Shown here piece by piece: positions 26,658 to 40,000 of a DNA stretch of 64,000 bases (positions within the stretch are counted from its first letter, which is position 1; each line of letters starts with the position of its first letter). Source of the stretch: Phoronis australis (lineage: Eukaryota > Animalia > Phoronida). The notes beneath the pieces were generated by a model. That model saw only the letters and a list, made by a program, of their open reading frames with translations, was not told the origin of the DNA and searched no databases. Position numbers and translations under genes: made by a program. The stretch covers positions 1,033,160 through 1,097,159 of the forward strand of contig NMRA01000025.1 of NCBI GenBank assembly GCA_002633005.1. Direction: 5' to 3'.

Positions 26658-28739
26658 ATCATTTGCTCCCATTTCAGTGTTGTGACATGGCAGCATGCGT
26701 TTTGTGACCCTGAACGTCATTTCGGTTTATCCATCTTTTTAATAGATGTTAGGGCTCCAGTCAGTATGTTTGTGAGATAGTCTGGAGTAGAAAGGGCGTA
26801 AATTGAAGTCAACCCGATTGCACCAGCAAGTCAAGTATCAAACGTCTGGTGCAATCGAATGGTAACACATAGACGGATAAAATGTACACCACGTCATCAC
26901 GACCTAAACACTAATACATGAGAACAACCCAGAGTACACTAACTAAGATTTAGCCAGCCAATATATACGTATTACAAGAAGCTGTACACCAAACAGTTGT
27001 TACAGGTCTAGAGAACTGTAGTAGCAAGTATCAGCCCACCAAAATATGATAGCGGAAGTTACGCACCTGTATCGCCTTCATGCATCGGGTAACACACATC
27101 CCTGTGCGTGCCCTCAAGGAAATGGCCGCAATCTGACACAGCAGGCCGAGAAAATTCCATTGGTAATTTCTCTGAAGAGGTTATTGCACTTTCCAATAAA
27201 CTACGAGCACTTCAGTAGAGACCGTTGTATCAATAATTATTTGAAGTATATCTGAATTAATTACAAAAATTACAACTGCTGAAGAAGAAAGTTTCAAAGT
27301 CAACCAGGACATCAAAGTGCAACAATCAGGTAACCGCTTCGTTACACCATCCAGATCAATAAACCCGCCTTTTAGAGATACTGAATACCGAGCGAGACGG
27401 TGTTTTGAATGGATCATGTGATCCTGCAGAGAAGAAACCGAAGACATCTTCGTAGGAATTGCATATGAATGGGTACTTTCATAAACTAAACCGCGTGGGG
27501 GCTACGACAAACTAGTAAGATACGGGTCCTTCGCCAGTCTTGATTCGTGAACAGAGATTTACCTTAGGGGTCGTGGTCCCTCAAACAATTGACGGATAAA
27601 CTGACGTATTTCTTACAAGCCTATCACCTTCCACGTCATTTCCTTCAATTTAGTACAATTCGCACTGCCAGATTTTCTCGCCGCGAGACAGGTCTTGAAG
27701 TCTGCGTCATGCAGTGTACATGTAATGTTTTTATCTGAAAAACGATCAATTCGTTTTCCGAAGAATTGCTGTCGTGGCGGGTGCTATGGTCTGCTCGCGA
27801 GTCCGTTCCAAGATACACCTTAGCAAGTTAGGCCTATACAAGGAATAAACTTGGGTGTGGGTGTAATTTCTATGCTTTTACATGCAAAAATAACGACACT
27901 TCGGTTATAGCATGTAGACTGCAGCATATATACTAAAACACTTTGTTTGGATTTCATGTAGACGGTGACCACCGTCTAGCTGACCAGTACAACTAGGGAC
28001 GGTGGTCACTGTTTAGATCCATTATCAATGTGCATGCCAGGTCTGCTAATTCCTATCCCTTTTTGCGGTGCATTTTTTTTTCTGATCCACCCCTTTTGAG
28101 GGTATAAAATGGAAGTTTAAGGGTCCATTGGACCCCGCTTGGGTCTCGCAAAACTTGCAGAAAAAAGTACCGCCTACCTGCAATCTTTGCTTCGCCGGCG
28201 CCTGCGGGCACCTTGTTGACATAAATGACCCCCATCCGGGGGAAGTTAACACGTTCCGGCTCTGACATTTTCTCTTGCAGTGACCGAACTGAGATAAGCC
28301 AGATTTTGATACTGTGAAGCGTTAGCTCTTCTACTTATTAATGTCTGCCACATACAGGAGTCGCATATCATACAAATGCGTCTGTGAAGGTGCGTCCGCC
28401 TAATTTCGATCGAAGGTGCCGGGCCGTAAGCATTTGCACCTTTTTGCGAAACGTGAGTAAACTCCAAGCATGTAGATTGTTCATTGACTTGTGTCAATTT
28501 TCAATTATTTGAGTAAATAAAAAATATCAAGAACGGAACTCGACACGATGATAAAACAGGCAAACAAGGGGCAACTAAAGTAAAGTAAACAAAAAATAGA
28601 ATTCCCGCAAAAACGAATCGAATTTTTATCACGGGGAGACGATCAAGTTGTTGTAAAGCCACACTAAAGGGTCATTTTCTTCATACTTTAATTTTCAACC
28701 GAATTCGCAAAATATGCCTCAAACCCTTGTACCGTCATG

Positions 28740-29230
28740 AAGACAAGAGTAACGCGGAGCATTCAAATGCGCCCACGAATGCACCGCAAACGGTGTGCTT
28801 CTAGGAGTGATTATTTGAACATAAAAACGGCCATTAGATGACCCAAAATACGTTAAATCTATTCGAAACCCGGTATGTACCATGAAAGCTATTTACCAAA
28901 TTTCATAAAAAACGTCAAGGAACTCCTGAGAAACCGAGGAAAAGGAAAAAAAAACAGAAATTGCCACTAGAAATTGCCATCGAGGCTAAAGGCGCAAAAA
29001 ACATAAGTGCCATTAAGAGACGCCACAGTAGATGAAGTCATTCATACGAAAGTCGCCGTAATTTGTTATCTAGTTCGTATGAATACACTTGCTAAATTTA
29101 TTAAAGAACCTGCAGAGGGTTTATGAGATACAGCCATGGGCTTAAAAATGCCACTAGGAGGCGCCACAGCTTGTTGTTGAGGTCGTCGGAAAATCATCAT
29201 TAGGAACATGAATGCCAATTTCCACAATTA
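28740..29230 (-). mobile_element. Fragment of the DINE/HINE-like repeat family, inverted relative to 31810-32170
   Basis: attcaaatgcgcccacgaatgcaccgcaaacggtgtgcttcta.. matches the reverse complement of ~32101-32165; carries CCACTAG motifs. Confidence 0.65.
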
Positions 29231-29999
29231 TCTTTAATGTGGTTTGGTTGACACAGGGTACTCAGATGCCAAAAAACAGACTCGAATGTGGTGCGTGAAC
29301 TTGGAATCATAAGTGAACTTGGAGCGTTTGCGACATCTAGTGTGCAGCTCGGGCAAATCACAATCAAGGTCCATATTCGGTGGCCACTTTTGGTGGAAAA
29401 TGAAGGTTGTCGTATAACTGTAAAAGCTGGGTGATTTTAAAGTACCATCATTCCAGGTTAGTAATCTAAAATATTTTTGCACAAGAACCACCGAATAAAA
29501 TTTTATGGCCTAATGCATCACAGTTGTATGAAAGGGTAGGCCTACTTACACTTCAACTTGTGGTCACAGCCCATTTCTACAGTGCAAAAATTCATAAGGT
29601 AGTTGTTAATTTAACAAGTTCTGGATCAAACTGAAGAAGTAGCACATACTAAAGTAAGAACAGTTATTACCGTGCTGATCAAGTTGTTCTAAATGATGAT
29701 ACATTGCATATCTTAACACAGTATAATGAGAACTTCTTCTCTTGCATTATATGAATCCTACAAAAAGAAAATGACAAGTAACTACTTTTTTCAAAAACTT
29801 TATTGGTGCTTTTTGCCTAGTTTTCAATACATTCACCAGTTGGCCAAAATAGTTAAAGCAATGCTATTACCAGTGTTCCACTTGTAAACAGTTAAAAATG
29901 GTACTGGTTTGGGGGTACGTACACTACGCATAGTCAATCAACGTCAAATTTTAATTAAGTTACAAGTGCATCCACGGCTGTACTTCCTTTCACCTTTGC

Positions 30000-30430
30000 A
30001 AGTGAAAATTTGTCAGATGTGTTTCTATGGCAACAGATGATGACAATTTTCAGCCCAATCTGACCATTGGGTTGCCCCAAGTAGCAATTTTACTTTTATA
30101 TATTTCTTTGTTTGTCACTGAGGGATTTTCATGAAACTTGGTAAATAGGTTTCTATGAAGCTGTGTCTCCTTAACCTTTTTGGACATTTGTGAAATTTGG
30201 CAGACGTGTTCCCATAGAGCTGGCAGCTTTTTATGACGCATGTCAGAGACATTCGGCTACCACAGTGCCCCCTAGTGGCAAGTTTAATTTTTATGTTTGC
30301 ATCTGTATCTTCCAAATCCTTTGACAGTTTTTATTGAAATGTGGTTAACAAGTTTCTGTTATGATGGTGATGGCATCTATCCATTTTGGGGTGGATTTGG
30401 CGAATTCTGTGCCACCCAGAGCCCATTTTG
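30000..30430 (+). mobile_element. Fragment of the same repeat family
   Basis: Shares the ttttcatgaaacttggt and gccccctagtggcaa modules with 31100-32100. Confidence 0.55.
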
Positions 30431-30635
30431 TCACTTGTAAACTCTCTTATAAGCACACTATTTACATTGTTGTAGTTGGTGCATTTCAATGCTCTGCGTT
30501 GCTCTGGTAATAATTGGAGTAATGGAAAGTAATAAACAATGAACAATTTGATGAGATGACTGGTTTTTACATCTTGGTACATGTTATCTTTGCCACTGTG
30601 CCAAAAATAAACTCTCTGATTGCCTTGTGTTGCAG

Positions 30636-30959
30636 GAACCCCAAGTGTTTATTCAAAGATCTTGGCTCTTTCAACAGCATGCAGTTTATTGTGGACAAGT
30701 AAAGTACACAAGTACGTACAATATATAATGCCACTCAGTAATAATTTCAGTTAGATATTCCTGTTCGTAAAGTCGTTTAGTACCCTTTAATTGAATGTAA
30801 CTCTGCAAGAGCCTTAATCTGAATTTTTTATCTTCTTTCAGGTTGCTCACGAGCACATTTGCAAAGGATTACAAAGGTACTGGCCATCTTGAAACTCAAT
30901 TGATTGAGCAAAGCGACTCGAAACTGAAGAAGCTCAGGAGCATATTGTCTTCCACGTGA
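30636..30959 (+). pseudogene. Two candidate terminal exons (30636-30698 and 30842-30959) of an unidentified plus-strand gene or pseudogene
   Basis: Acceptors gtgttgcag| and tcttctttcag| and donor |gtaaag give a phase-consistent splice: NPKCLFKDLGSFNSMQFIVDKLLTSTFAKDYKGTGHLETQLIEQSDSKLKKLRSILSST*. Upstream exon-like pieces carry stops. Confidence 0.4.
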
Positions 30960-30985
30960 CACAATAGTTTTAAGTAAATGTTGCG

Positions 30986-32170
30986 TTTTTATGCGGCCAC
31001 ATATTCATATGTGGTCGTTTATTGCCGTCATCTTTATCTGGGTGTCCGTTGTCCGGCGTTCGCAGCTGCATGTCCGAGATTTGGCAGATGTGTGCCTAGG
31101 AAGCTGACGATGGATGGCGATGAATTTCTTAACTCTTTGACTACCAGTGTAGCCGCTAGTGGCAATTTATTTTTTTTACGCTTACTTCTGTATCTTTTGA
31201 GGTCCTCAAAAAATTTTCATAAAATTTGGCAGTTAAGCGTCTGTTAGTGACATGATGCCATACTCCCGTTTTGGACGGATTCGAGGTACTTTGCGCCACG
31301 TAGTGACCATTTTTATTGTTTTTTTTTTTTGATGTCTGTCCTTCTATCAACCAAACCGCGCTAGGTAGGATTTTGAAAATTGGCATATAAAAATTATGTT
31401 CTTACTGTGAAGAGGACGGCTGACGATGGTTTTGGGACGACTTCGACTACTGTGGCACCTCCTACTGGCAGTATGTTTTTGCGCCCAACGGCTCTATCTC
31501 CTAAATGCTCTACAAGATGTTTACTGAATTTTGGTGGTGTATTTATACGAAGTTGACAATAGAGGATGACTACTTTCGGACAAATTGGACTACCATGGTG
31601 TCCCCTAGTGGCAATTTTAGTTTTTATGTTTACCTCTGTATCTTCCTTCAAAGGTCGTCAACGGATTTTCATAGAATTTGACAGATAGCCGTGTATTAGT
31701 CAGTTGACGTTACCCTTTGGTTTTTGGTTTGATTCATGGTATTTTGCAACACCTAGTGGCCATTTTAACAGTTTTTGACCCCTGTAATTTATTTTGTGTC
31801 TCCCCTTCTTTAAAACCAAACCTCGCTAAGGATGCTTGTGGAAATTGGCATGCGTGTCCCTAATGTGAAAAGCAAGTCTGACGATGATTTTCCAATGACT
31901 TCATCTACTGTGCCACCTCTTAGTGGCAGTATGTTTTTTGCTCCTATGGACTCCTTGTGGCAATTTCTTTTTTTCGTTTTTCTGGGTTTCTCAAAAGTTC
32001 CTTGACGGATTTTAATGAAATTTGGTAAATAGCTTTGATGACACAAACCAGGTTTGGGATAGATTCGACATATTTTGCACCCTCTAGTGGCCATTTTTAT
32101 GTTCCTAATAAGCACCTGTAGAAGCGCACTGTTTTTGGTGCATTCGTTGGCGCATTTCAATATTCCACGT
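30986..32170 (+). mobile_element. DINE-1/HINE(pearl)-like non-autonomous Helitron-related element with internal tandem modules
   Basis: Order is a T-run, the hairpin GCGGCCACATAT-TC-ATATGTGGTCGT (30993-31018), a GTCC-like microsatellite remnant, then repeated modules containing gaaatttgg and ctagtggc. Confidence 0.55.
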
Positions 32171-33670
32171 TGATGTTGTTTCTTGTGGCATTGTAATATT
32201 GTTCAGAAGGACATCATGTTTCAAGTAGAATCTATTTGATCATTTATTAGAGTATTGTAAAATGTAATCAAGGAAAGGAATTGATCATTCCCAATGGCAA
32301 GTGTTAAGTCAAGTATGAGTGCTTTTGAGAAACCGGGATGCATTTCAATACAATTGTAATACTCAACGTGGTTGGCTCCAGAATGGGGTTTCGCCCCAAC
32401 TCCAGGGCCATCCTTTGTTGTTTCAGCTTACCCCCGTGCACATGTAGATTTGCCGTCTCAGCCTAGATTTTTAGGGTCTGTTGTTTTATCAGTGTTGTTT
32501 ATTTTGTTTTTGTAACATTTCCAACTCCTATTCTAGCCTTATATGCGCTGTTGTAACTTTTCTAGTATATTTTGCAAATATTTTGCCTTGGTATACTTGC
32601 AGTGAATTGGCCTAATCAGTATTCTCACAATCCATCATCGCTTGTTTCCTTATACCCCTCTTGTGTAGTCTTTGTTATTATTTTGTACATGTGTCGTAAT
32701 ACATGTCATTATTCTACCACATACCAGGAAATTACGTTTGTTCTGTAGAAAACTCGTTGTTATATATCTTAAGGAACTTTGTCCTTCGTGAAAGAGAACA
32801 TGGTTATAACAAAGAACACAGCAGTGAACGGTTTAGTTTCATAAAGACAGCTTTAATTTAAAGACGGTTTTAATTTGATACATTAAAGCTTAAATTCATT
32901 CCTTTTTATGTCTTACCATCAGGCGATTAACTGAAACAAATTCCCCTTGCCACGATAGTAATTGGTTTTTGCCATAACGAGAACTGAAGGGTTTGCATCG
33001 ACTTGGAACAGTCCAATTTTGGACTGGTTCGCAAACCCCATCTCAAACGTGATGGCATCTTGGCACTCTATTTACTTGTTGGCGACCTGCTGAATATGTC
33101 AGTGTTAGAGATTGAAAATCATTATTTTCCATGGTTTAGAAAGGTTAGTCCATCGTTTGTCTTTGAAAAACCCCGTTTCATTAGTTGCATTGAAGGCAGT
33201 GGGAATGCAGGACAGAAATTTACTAAATATTTCAAATTCAGTCTTAACTAATGTGTACATCAATGTGACCCAGTAACGCAGGTGCCCCAAACAGTACTTT
33301 TAACCTTTCCAACGGATTGTACTGGTTTGTATTGTTTATGTACCCACATAAAGGACCGAAAATTCTAAAATAACCAGAGATCATAGGTAACTTTTGCCCT
33401 TAAGAAAAGAAAAAAAAAATTAAGAAGTTAACTTTAAGCAATTTTAAAGCTATTTGAAATTCAAAAAAATATTTCTCATTCGCTTCCAAAACAGAGTTTG
33501 TTGTTGGCAAATATGTCAATTGCATTCCTCAAAAAAAAAACTCTAAATACCACAATGCTAGAATCAATATACCAGTGCATTGTCCTGGTTATAGAAACTA
33601 GAAAACTGTGCTAGCTAAATAAAATTAAATAAATAAATAAATAAATAAAAAAGTCAATACAAAACGAAGA

Positions 33671-33676
33671 TTTATT
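33671..33676 (-). promoter_or_regulatory. Candidate polyadenylation signal of TBPL1 (would imply a ~3.1-kb 3' UTR)
   Basis: AATAAA on the minus strand followed by T-rich sequence; 33680-36790 shows no obvious transposon insertions and looks G/T-rich on the minus strand. Confidence 0.3.
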
Positions 33677-36600
33677 GAAGCACTGAGATAACAATGCCAC
33701 TTCTCATGAGAAAAACAATGACACCTTGTCCTCACAAAGCTCATACTTCATATCACAACTAACAGTTATTTTTTGATGATAATTAAAAATTCATAAACTG
33801 TTAGATTACACCTATTATCTGGTGATACCTTAGGTTTAAAGACAAGTGCAGCAAAGTGTAGAAATACATGTCTCACAAACCTGCAACAAAGATGTTAAGA
33901 CTTGAACTAATGTGATGGCCTTTAAGCACATTCATGCAGTACAAGACAAATTTAAAGTAATCAGAAGCAATACCATTTCACTGCCATGACAGCTAATTCC
34001 GTTAACAGCATAAGTGATTGGTAATAACTAATTACACAATGGCTTAGTCACCTTACTAAGTTTCCTGTAAATCCCTTCACTCTCGGCCATGAAGGAAGGG
34101 AGGCTACTCAGCGGATGAATTCAGCTTCCAGGTCATCCTGTTTAAATACTTTTGAAATCACTGTACCTCAGAAGGGACCAAGCAGGCCACTTGCTCCTAC
34201 TTGTTAACACTTTGGCTGATAGTTTCATCAAACAAAGTCGTATTGAGACAGTGGTCTTTAGTCCTGTGCATCTAAAGAACATCAGCAACCCTTCAACACA
34301 TTTCTATATTAAACAATGACAAACTGCTATAAATTGAACTTCTGCTAATGCTCACAAGCACAAAAAGTCTTGTAATCACTGGACTTATAACATGCTGAGA
34401 CAATAGTTTTTTAACTATTAAAACCTTCACAGTGTCTATATCAGATACTTGTTTAAGCACGGCGCTCAGCCTTGCTAGACATATCATACAAAACAGCTCC
34501 TCTGCAAAAGACATTCTTACTCCATAACAAAATAGTCAACAACAGTATTGCATAGAACTATAGCTGGTACCTAGCAGCTTAGTTAAAACATCCAGGCACA
34601 ACAATGAACAGTCAGGGTCAACAAACGCGTGTAGTGAATGAAGTGCAGCGTATACAAGTGCACACAAGAGTCCGATATCAACACAACGCAAACGTAAAAA
34701 CTGCTACACAGCTTGTAGGAGTCAGGAGACACAACTGAAGTGAGCCTGTTCTGAACAACTGGGATGTGTATCCACTACAACGGAGAACTACGCGGCAGTA
34801 AATATCCAGAGGTCAGAAATGTTAGCTTAAGGAATAGAGAGGGTGGGTTTACGTGATCCAGAATTCAGCATACCAGTCTTGCTGACTAATAATATTAGTG
34901 AAAGTCATTTTGCTAGTCTATGCTAGTGAGGTCATCAGCTTGCTTGCGATATAGTAAAGCGTGACCTCGACCAAACTTGTACACACAGATGGTACACTTA
35001 CGGATCCCATTAAATTTTCCAATGACTTGTCCATGTGTAAAGCTCCTTATAAAATTACGCTCAATTTCATTGTATCTTTATCAACCAACAGTTTGCAAGA
35101 CTGCCCGTTGTTCATCAAAAACCACAATTTGTTTCATGAAAGTCTCCACACCACCATTCACTCCTATTTACAAAGCAGTTTCACATTAGCAGAATGGCTG
35201 CTCTTGACTGATTTTGCCATTACCACCGGCTCAAATGAAAAAGATATTTGATTGGTCTGTAAGCCAAAAATCGTCGTCGAGAACCAATCAGTGTCTTAGC
35301 TGGTTGACCCAGCAAACTGGTGAAATCAATTAAGTGCAACCAGTTACAAAATGTGAATGTTTACCTCCTAACTCCTGTTTGAACAATACTATTACAGGTC
35401 CGACCATTTTTAGATTACCATGTCTGGTGATTGTCAAGTGTGCCCATACAGCGACTAGATAACACATGAACTATGCAAAACAGTCAGTTTTGCTCTATGT
35501 AACAACTCAGTTTAAACATACCAAGAGCACAAACTCAGTTCCAAATGTAGCAGCCGATATCAGATAAACATCAAACCCAATGATAAAATCTAATAACTAC
35601 AGCCAGTGAGTGAAACCATACGCAAATCCCCTAAAAATGACTGTTCAGTCTCAAACCACTCAGCAGTGAACTTAATACAGAATCCAAACAATTACTGGCC
35701 ACACGTGAACCAACACAGACACTATAACTAACAATGGCCATCAGAAAGCCCACTAGATACAAAACAACCAGAGTACAAGTCACAATATCAAAAGTAGTAG
35801 TGGGCAAGTCTCACACAAAATACCCCCGTAGTCCATGCAATGTACTGTAGGCCTCAACAATACAATCAACTGACATTGTCAAGACTAACCTCACAGGCTT
35901 GGCTGGTTTTGTGACCACAACAATACAGAAAGCATTTCTGTTATGGTCAATATCATTTTTTCAATGTTTACCACAATTTTACATAAAAACATGTCGTCAA
36001 ACTCAATGCCTTGTCAGGACTGCAGCCAAAAAAAAACAAAAAAAAACTAGAAAATACACACAACAGTGTTTTGAATAACAACTGAACTCCAATTCCTTTA
36101 GTAATATAATTGAAAAATTGCAAGTGGACAATTGTACATGGTACAGCTTTCTTTTACAAAATGGCAGGAAGAAAATTTCAGAAATGAAATGCCAAACTCT
36201 AGTAACCATTTACTCTACAGAACTGTGGTAAAGCAGGAAAAAGCAAATCTGACTGTAGCCATGAAAACAAGAGTTATTCAGGAAATGAAAAAAAAAACGG
36301 TTTTATTCAAGCCACATACACTGCCCTCATGAAAACATTATTTTAACACGGATGTGAATCAGTCAATACTTGTTACCGCAAACTTAGAGTTACTCGAGTT
36401 TGAAGTTGGTGACTTCGACTTGACAATATAATCACTGTACATGGCTTTACATCTGGTCACACAAGACAAACGGGAGCATGAACTCAAAGTAACATTAACA
36501 CTGACAGAAATACCATGCTAAATACACAAAGGTTTCATTGTCAGAAACATGCTGCTCTGTGTCAGTTCGACTATAGTGCCAGAGTTGTGAGTGGGTCAGT

Positions 36601-36790
36601 TTTGAAATGCAAACATATGCCAATGTGACGCCAGGAATTTTAATGCGCAAAATGAGTAGGGCGCATAACAAAAACGAACACTGCAACTAAGTTTGACCCC
36701 AAGAGTGAGAATACAAACACAGAATTAGCAAGAGCTTCAACACTGCCCCCTTCAGGCAACAATAACTCCATATTACTCAGAGTTTCTGGC

Positions 36791-37041
36791 TCAGTCCATG
36801 CTCTGCTCACTGTCAAATTCGCTGTCAGTCATATCACTCCCCAAGCTAGACTCCTCCCCCTCTGAGTCTGAGTCATCCAATGGCACGTGGGCTCGCCTAT
36901 ACCTCTCCCGCTTGTTATAATCTCGTTGTAATGCTTTGTTCTTCTCCCTCTGCAGGGTGGCCTCTGTCTTTGCCATGCGGAACGGGTAGACAAGAGGAAA
37001 AATATGCTCAATGGCACTCTGAACATTGGCCACAGAGGGCG
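36791..37041 (-). CDS. TBPL1: TBPL1 last coding exon
   Basis: tgtttcag|CGCCCTCT...; ends SEQSMD-TGA. Confidence 0.95.
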
Positions 37042-40000
37042 CTGAAACAGCAAAGTATGGAGGTTAAGAAAAACAAACACTTAAAACTAACCCATAATGT
37101 TTAATCGTGATCCCAAATAACTACACTGGAGACCTGCAAATGCTCATTTTTGTTCATAGCTCTTTGGAGAAAATGATGATATTATCATCCAAGAACTATT
37201 TTCTATTGCAGCTCTGCTCATGTTAAAACTTCATAATAACAGTGGATTCATGGATTTATATGAGGGGATATATGCATATGGTAAATGCAAACATGTTCTT
37301 TGGACTAAAACTTGCTTGGCTTTGGTTGAAAGGTTGTACTTGTGTATTGTTTGGACTAGTAGGACTTCCTTTTCCTAGGAGATGCAAATGGGTCAACACT
37401 GACTTAGGAGGTGCTTTCACTAATCACTTGTAAGATACTAGCAGACATATTCAGGCTCCCAGTGGGCACCAGGTAGTGTACATATCATATAGAACATAAA
37501 ATATGCGCAGGACAGTCAGGTGGACCCATTACATTGATCACCAAACACCATTTTTATGCTTTATTAATAATATTGTTAGAACTGAACTGAGGAGTTTGAG
37601 ACCTGACTCAAGGGTCTAGCAATGTTGCCAAGTGGGATGTGAACCTATGAGTTATCCTACTAGGCTGCACTGTCTCCTCTTAATAATCATATACTCCCAT
37701 AACTCAATACTACCACTAGATGACCAGAAAACGAATGCAAAGATAACAAAAATGGACACAAGGTGGCGTAAAATCTGCCCAGGCATTAAAAACCTATTTG
37801 CTGAATTTCATAAAAATCCATCAAGGAACTCCGAAGATACAGAGGCAAACTAAAAATGCCACTAGGAGGCACAGTGTTACTCGAGCCCATTTGAAGCTCG
37901 TAGTCATCTGTGGTCAGCCCCAACACCCAGGTGGAGATGACAGCAATATGCATCCACATATAGATATGTGAGCACATAAAGATAATGTACATGAGGTTTG
38001 TATGTATAATTTAACAGATTTTTATTCAAAGAACTGATCTTGCAGTTCCTATGTACATGACTTTTGCTTGTGCGTATAACGCTGTGTTTTGTATTCCTGA
38101 TTCAACAGGTTGAAGTAAGTGCGTATCAATCTCTGGTACCCTTGACACGTGTCTTCAAACATTTTGCCTTCAGCAATGACTTTTGGATAATTTAACTCAG
38201 TCTACTTACCAGTAACTGTGATACTCCCAGTAGAGAACACCTTCAGAGTGGCCTTGGGGTCTTTAATACGATACGTGACTGCAGGGTGTAACTCAGGCTC
38301 ATAACTGAAAACGGACAATAACAAATGAAGATTCATGCTATGCTCCTTTTAGCTCAAAATAGATTGGAATGAACGTGGTGCCCTCAGTGTAGCCAAATCA
38401 CCATTTTACTCCATAAAAACCGGGACAATGTTATCAACATTTCCATCACTTATATATCTCCTGTCAATGCATAGCACTGACTAGTTTGGATGTTGAGGTC
38501 TCGAAAGAACAAGACCATTCCTATCCATTCTTAGTCAAAAAATTCACAAGTAGTAAATAGAAAATCAATAATTAACAACTTAATATTTATCAAGGGCATA
38601 TTTACAATACCAATGAAACCTCTGAACTGCAAATGATGTAAATATGCTTTGGATCAATACAAAATTCCAGACCATTTGTTTTCTACAAACATCACCTCAT
38701 AGTTAGCAAGCGAAGGACAATACTGTCATAAAAGAGCACATAGGAAAGTTTTAATAACTTGCAACTAACCATATATGGGTGCATATTTAGGCCTATGTGG
38801 TTTCATTGAAAATAGTCATTTTCTTTTTTATAGAGACGTTTTGCTCATATGACCAAGCTTCAGTATAGCACTGTCCACCCTATGAGTCACCCTAGGGCAA
38901 GTTATTCATGGAATGTGTAGAATGATTGCCAACAACACTGAGACGACTTTATACGTGTGTGACAATTTACCCCACCTTATTGAGGTAGGGTTAATTGTTC
39001 TGGGGTAATTTGCCCCAGCGCGAGCCGTAGTGTGGACGCTATTTGTGCTGGGACAACTTGACACGCGTGTGGCCACTCACCCCACCCTATTGATGTAGGG
39101 TAACTTGCTCCAGGGTAACTTGCTCCAGGGTAACTTGCTCCAGTGCAAGATGTAGATTGGATACAAATCACTTGTGTACTTGTACACTGACATACATTCC
39201 CTACATTTGTTACACCATGTCGAATTTGAAGTTTGGACACTCAGCTCACTAGGGACAACATGCTCTAGGGTGAGTTGGTCTAAGGTAATTTGTAGCAAGG
39301 ACATGACTTTACAAGCACAGACAACTATCACTTGCATCTGTGCACCTCCTGAAGTGAACAGTTTTCGTGTTTTTGTCCATCTTTGATACTTAGCATTTAA
39401 AGGTTGGGGTTAAATTGAATGCAACATTTTGTAACAGTTAAATAAAATTTCACTCACAAGGCTATGAAGAATGGTGATTAGAGCAATTATTGAAGCTGCA
39501 ATTCGCCCTATTTAATGGCTAAAAAGCGAAAGTCGAATTAGTCTTTTGATTTATATTAAATTGGTCATGTAATATTCCCCACTGTGATAGGATTCAGTGA
39601 CTTGAGAATACACTTCTAAGTTTACTGGGGTTGGCTAACCCAACAATTGGGAATTTGGAGATGGCACTACAAGTTTGAAAATGGTGCTGGAATGAATTGT
39701 CTCATTGTGAGCATGTGGGGTTCAAAACATCACCATGCTCATCCCTTTATGAATTATTGCCAAGTGAACCTGCAACTCTAGTCACAGGCAATGCATACAC
39801 GTGCTATGTCAAGTTTGGCCAAACCCAATAAACATGGAAGGGTTTTCTCTAGTTGCTGATGATTGCAATGTACTTGTTGGTTATGGAAATAGAATCCTAT
39901 CACAGTAAGGAATATCATGACACCAATGTCATGAGAGTAGAGAGCCTAATTCGGTTTTTGATTTACTGTCACCTAAACTGGGCGACATGCATCTTTAATA

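Larger units (their letters stand above)
2930..27455 (+). repeat. Head-to-tail array of ~9 decayed ~1.9-2.0 kb coding-like units (family B), interrupted by transposons
   Basis: Landmark ccagttcctggaagaaccgg (or variants) at ~3463, 4030, 5790, 8907, 10763, 13912, 16537, 18412, 19461. Landmark cgtcatcacgacccaaaca at ~4867, 6630, 9700, 12795, 14744, 26892. Recurrent plus-frame peptides include YLNAWRVDFH, AAPLVHC, DFESLVSGLIDLRTRFELTSS and RHHDPNINTLGEPRLQLKY. Confidence 0.92.
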
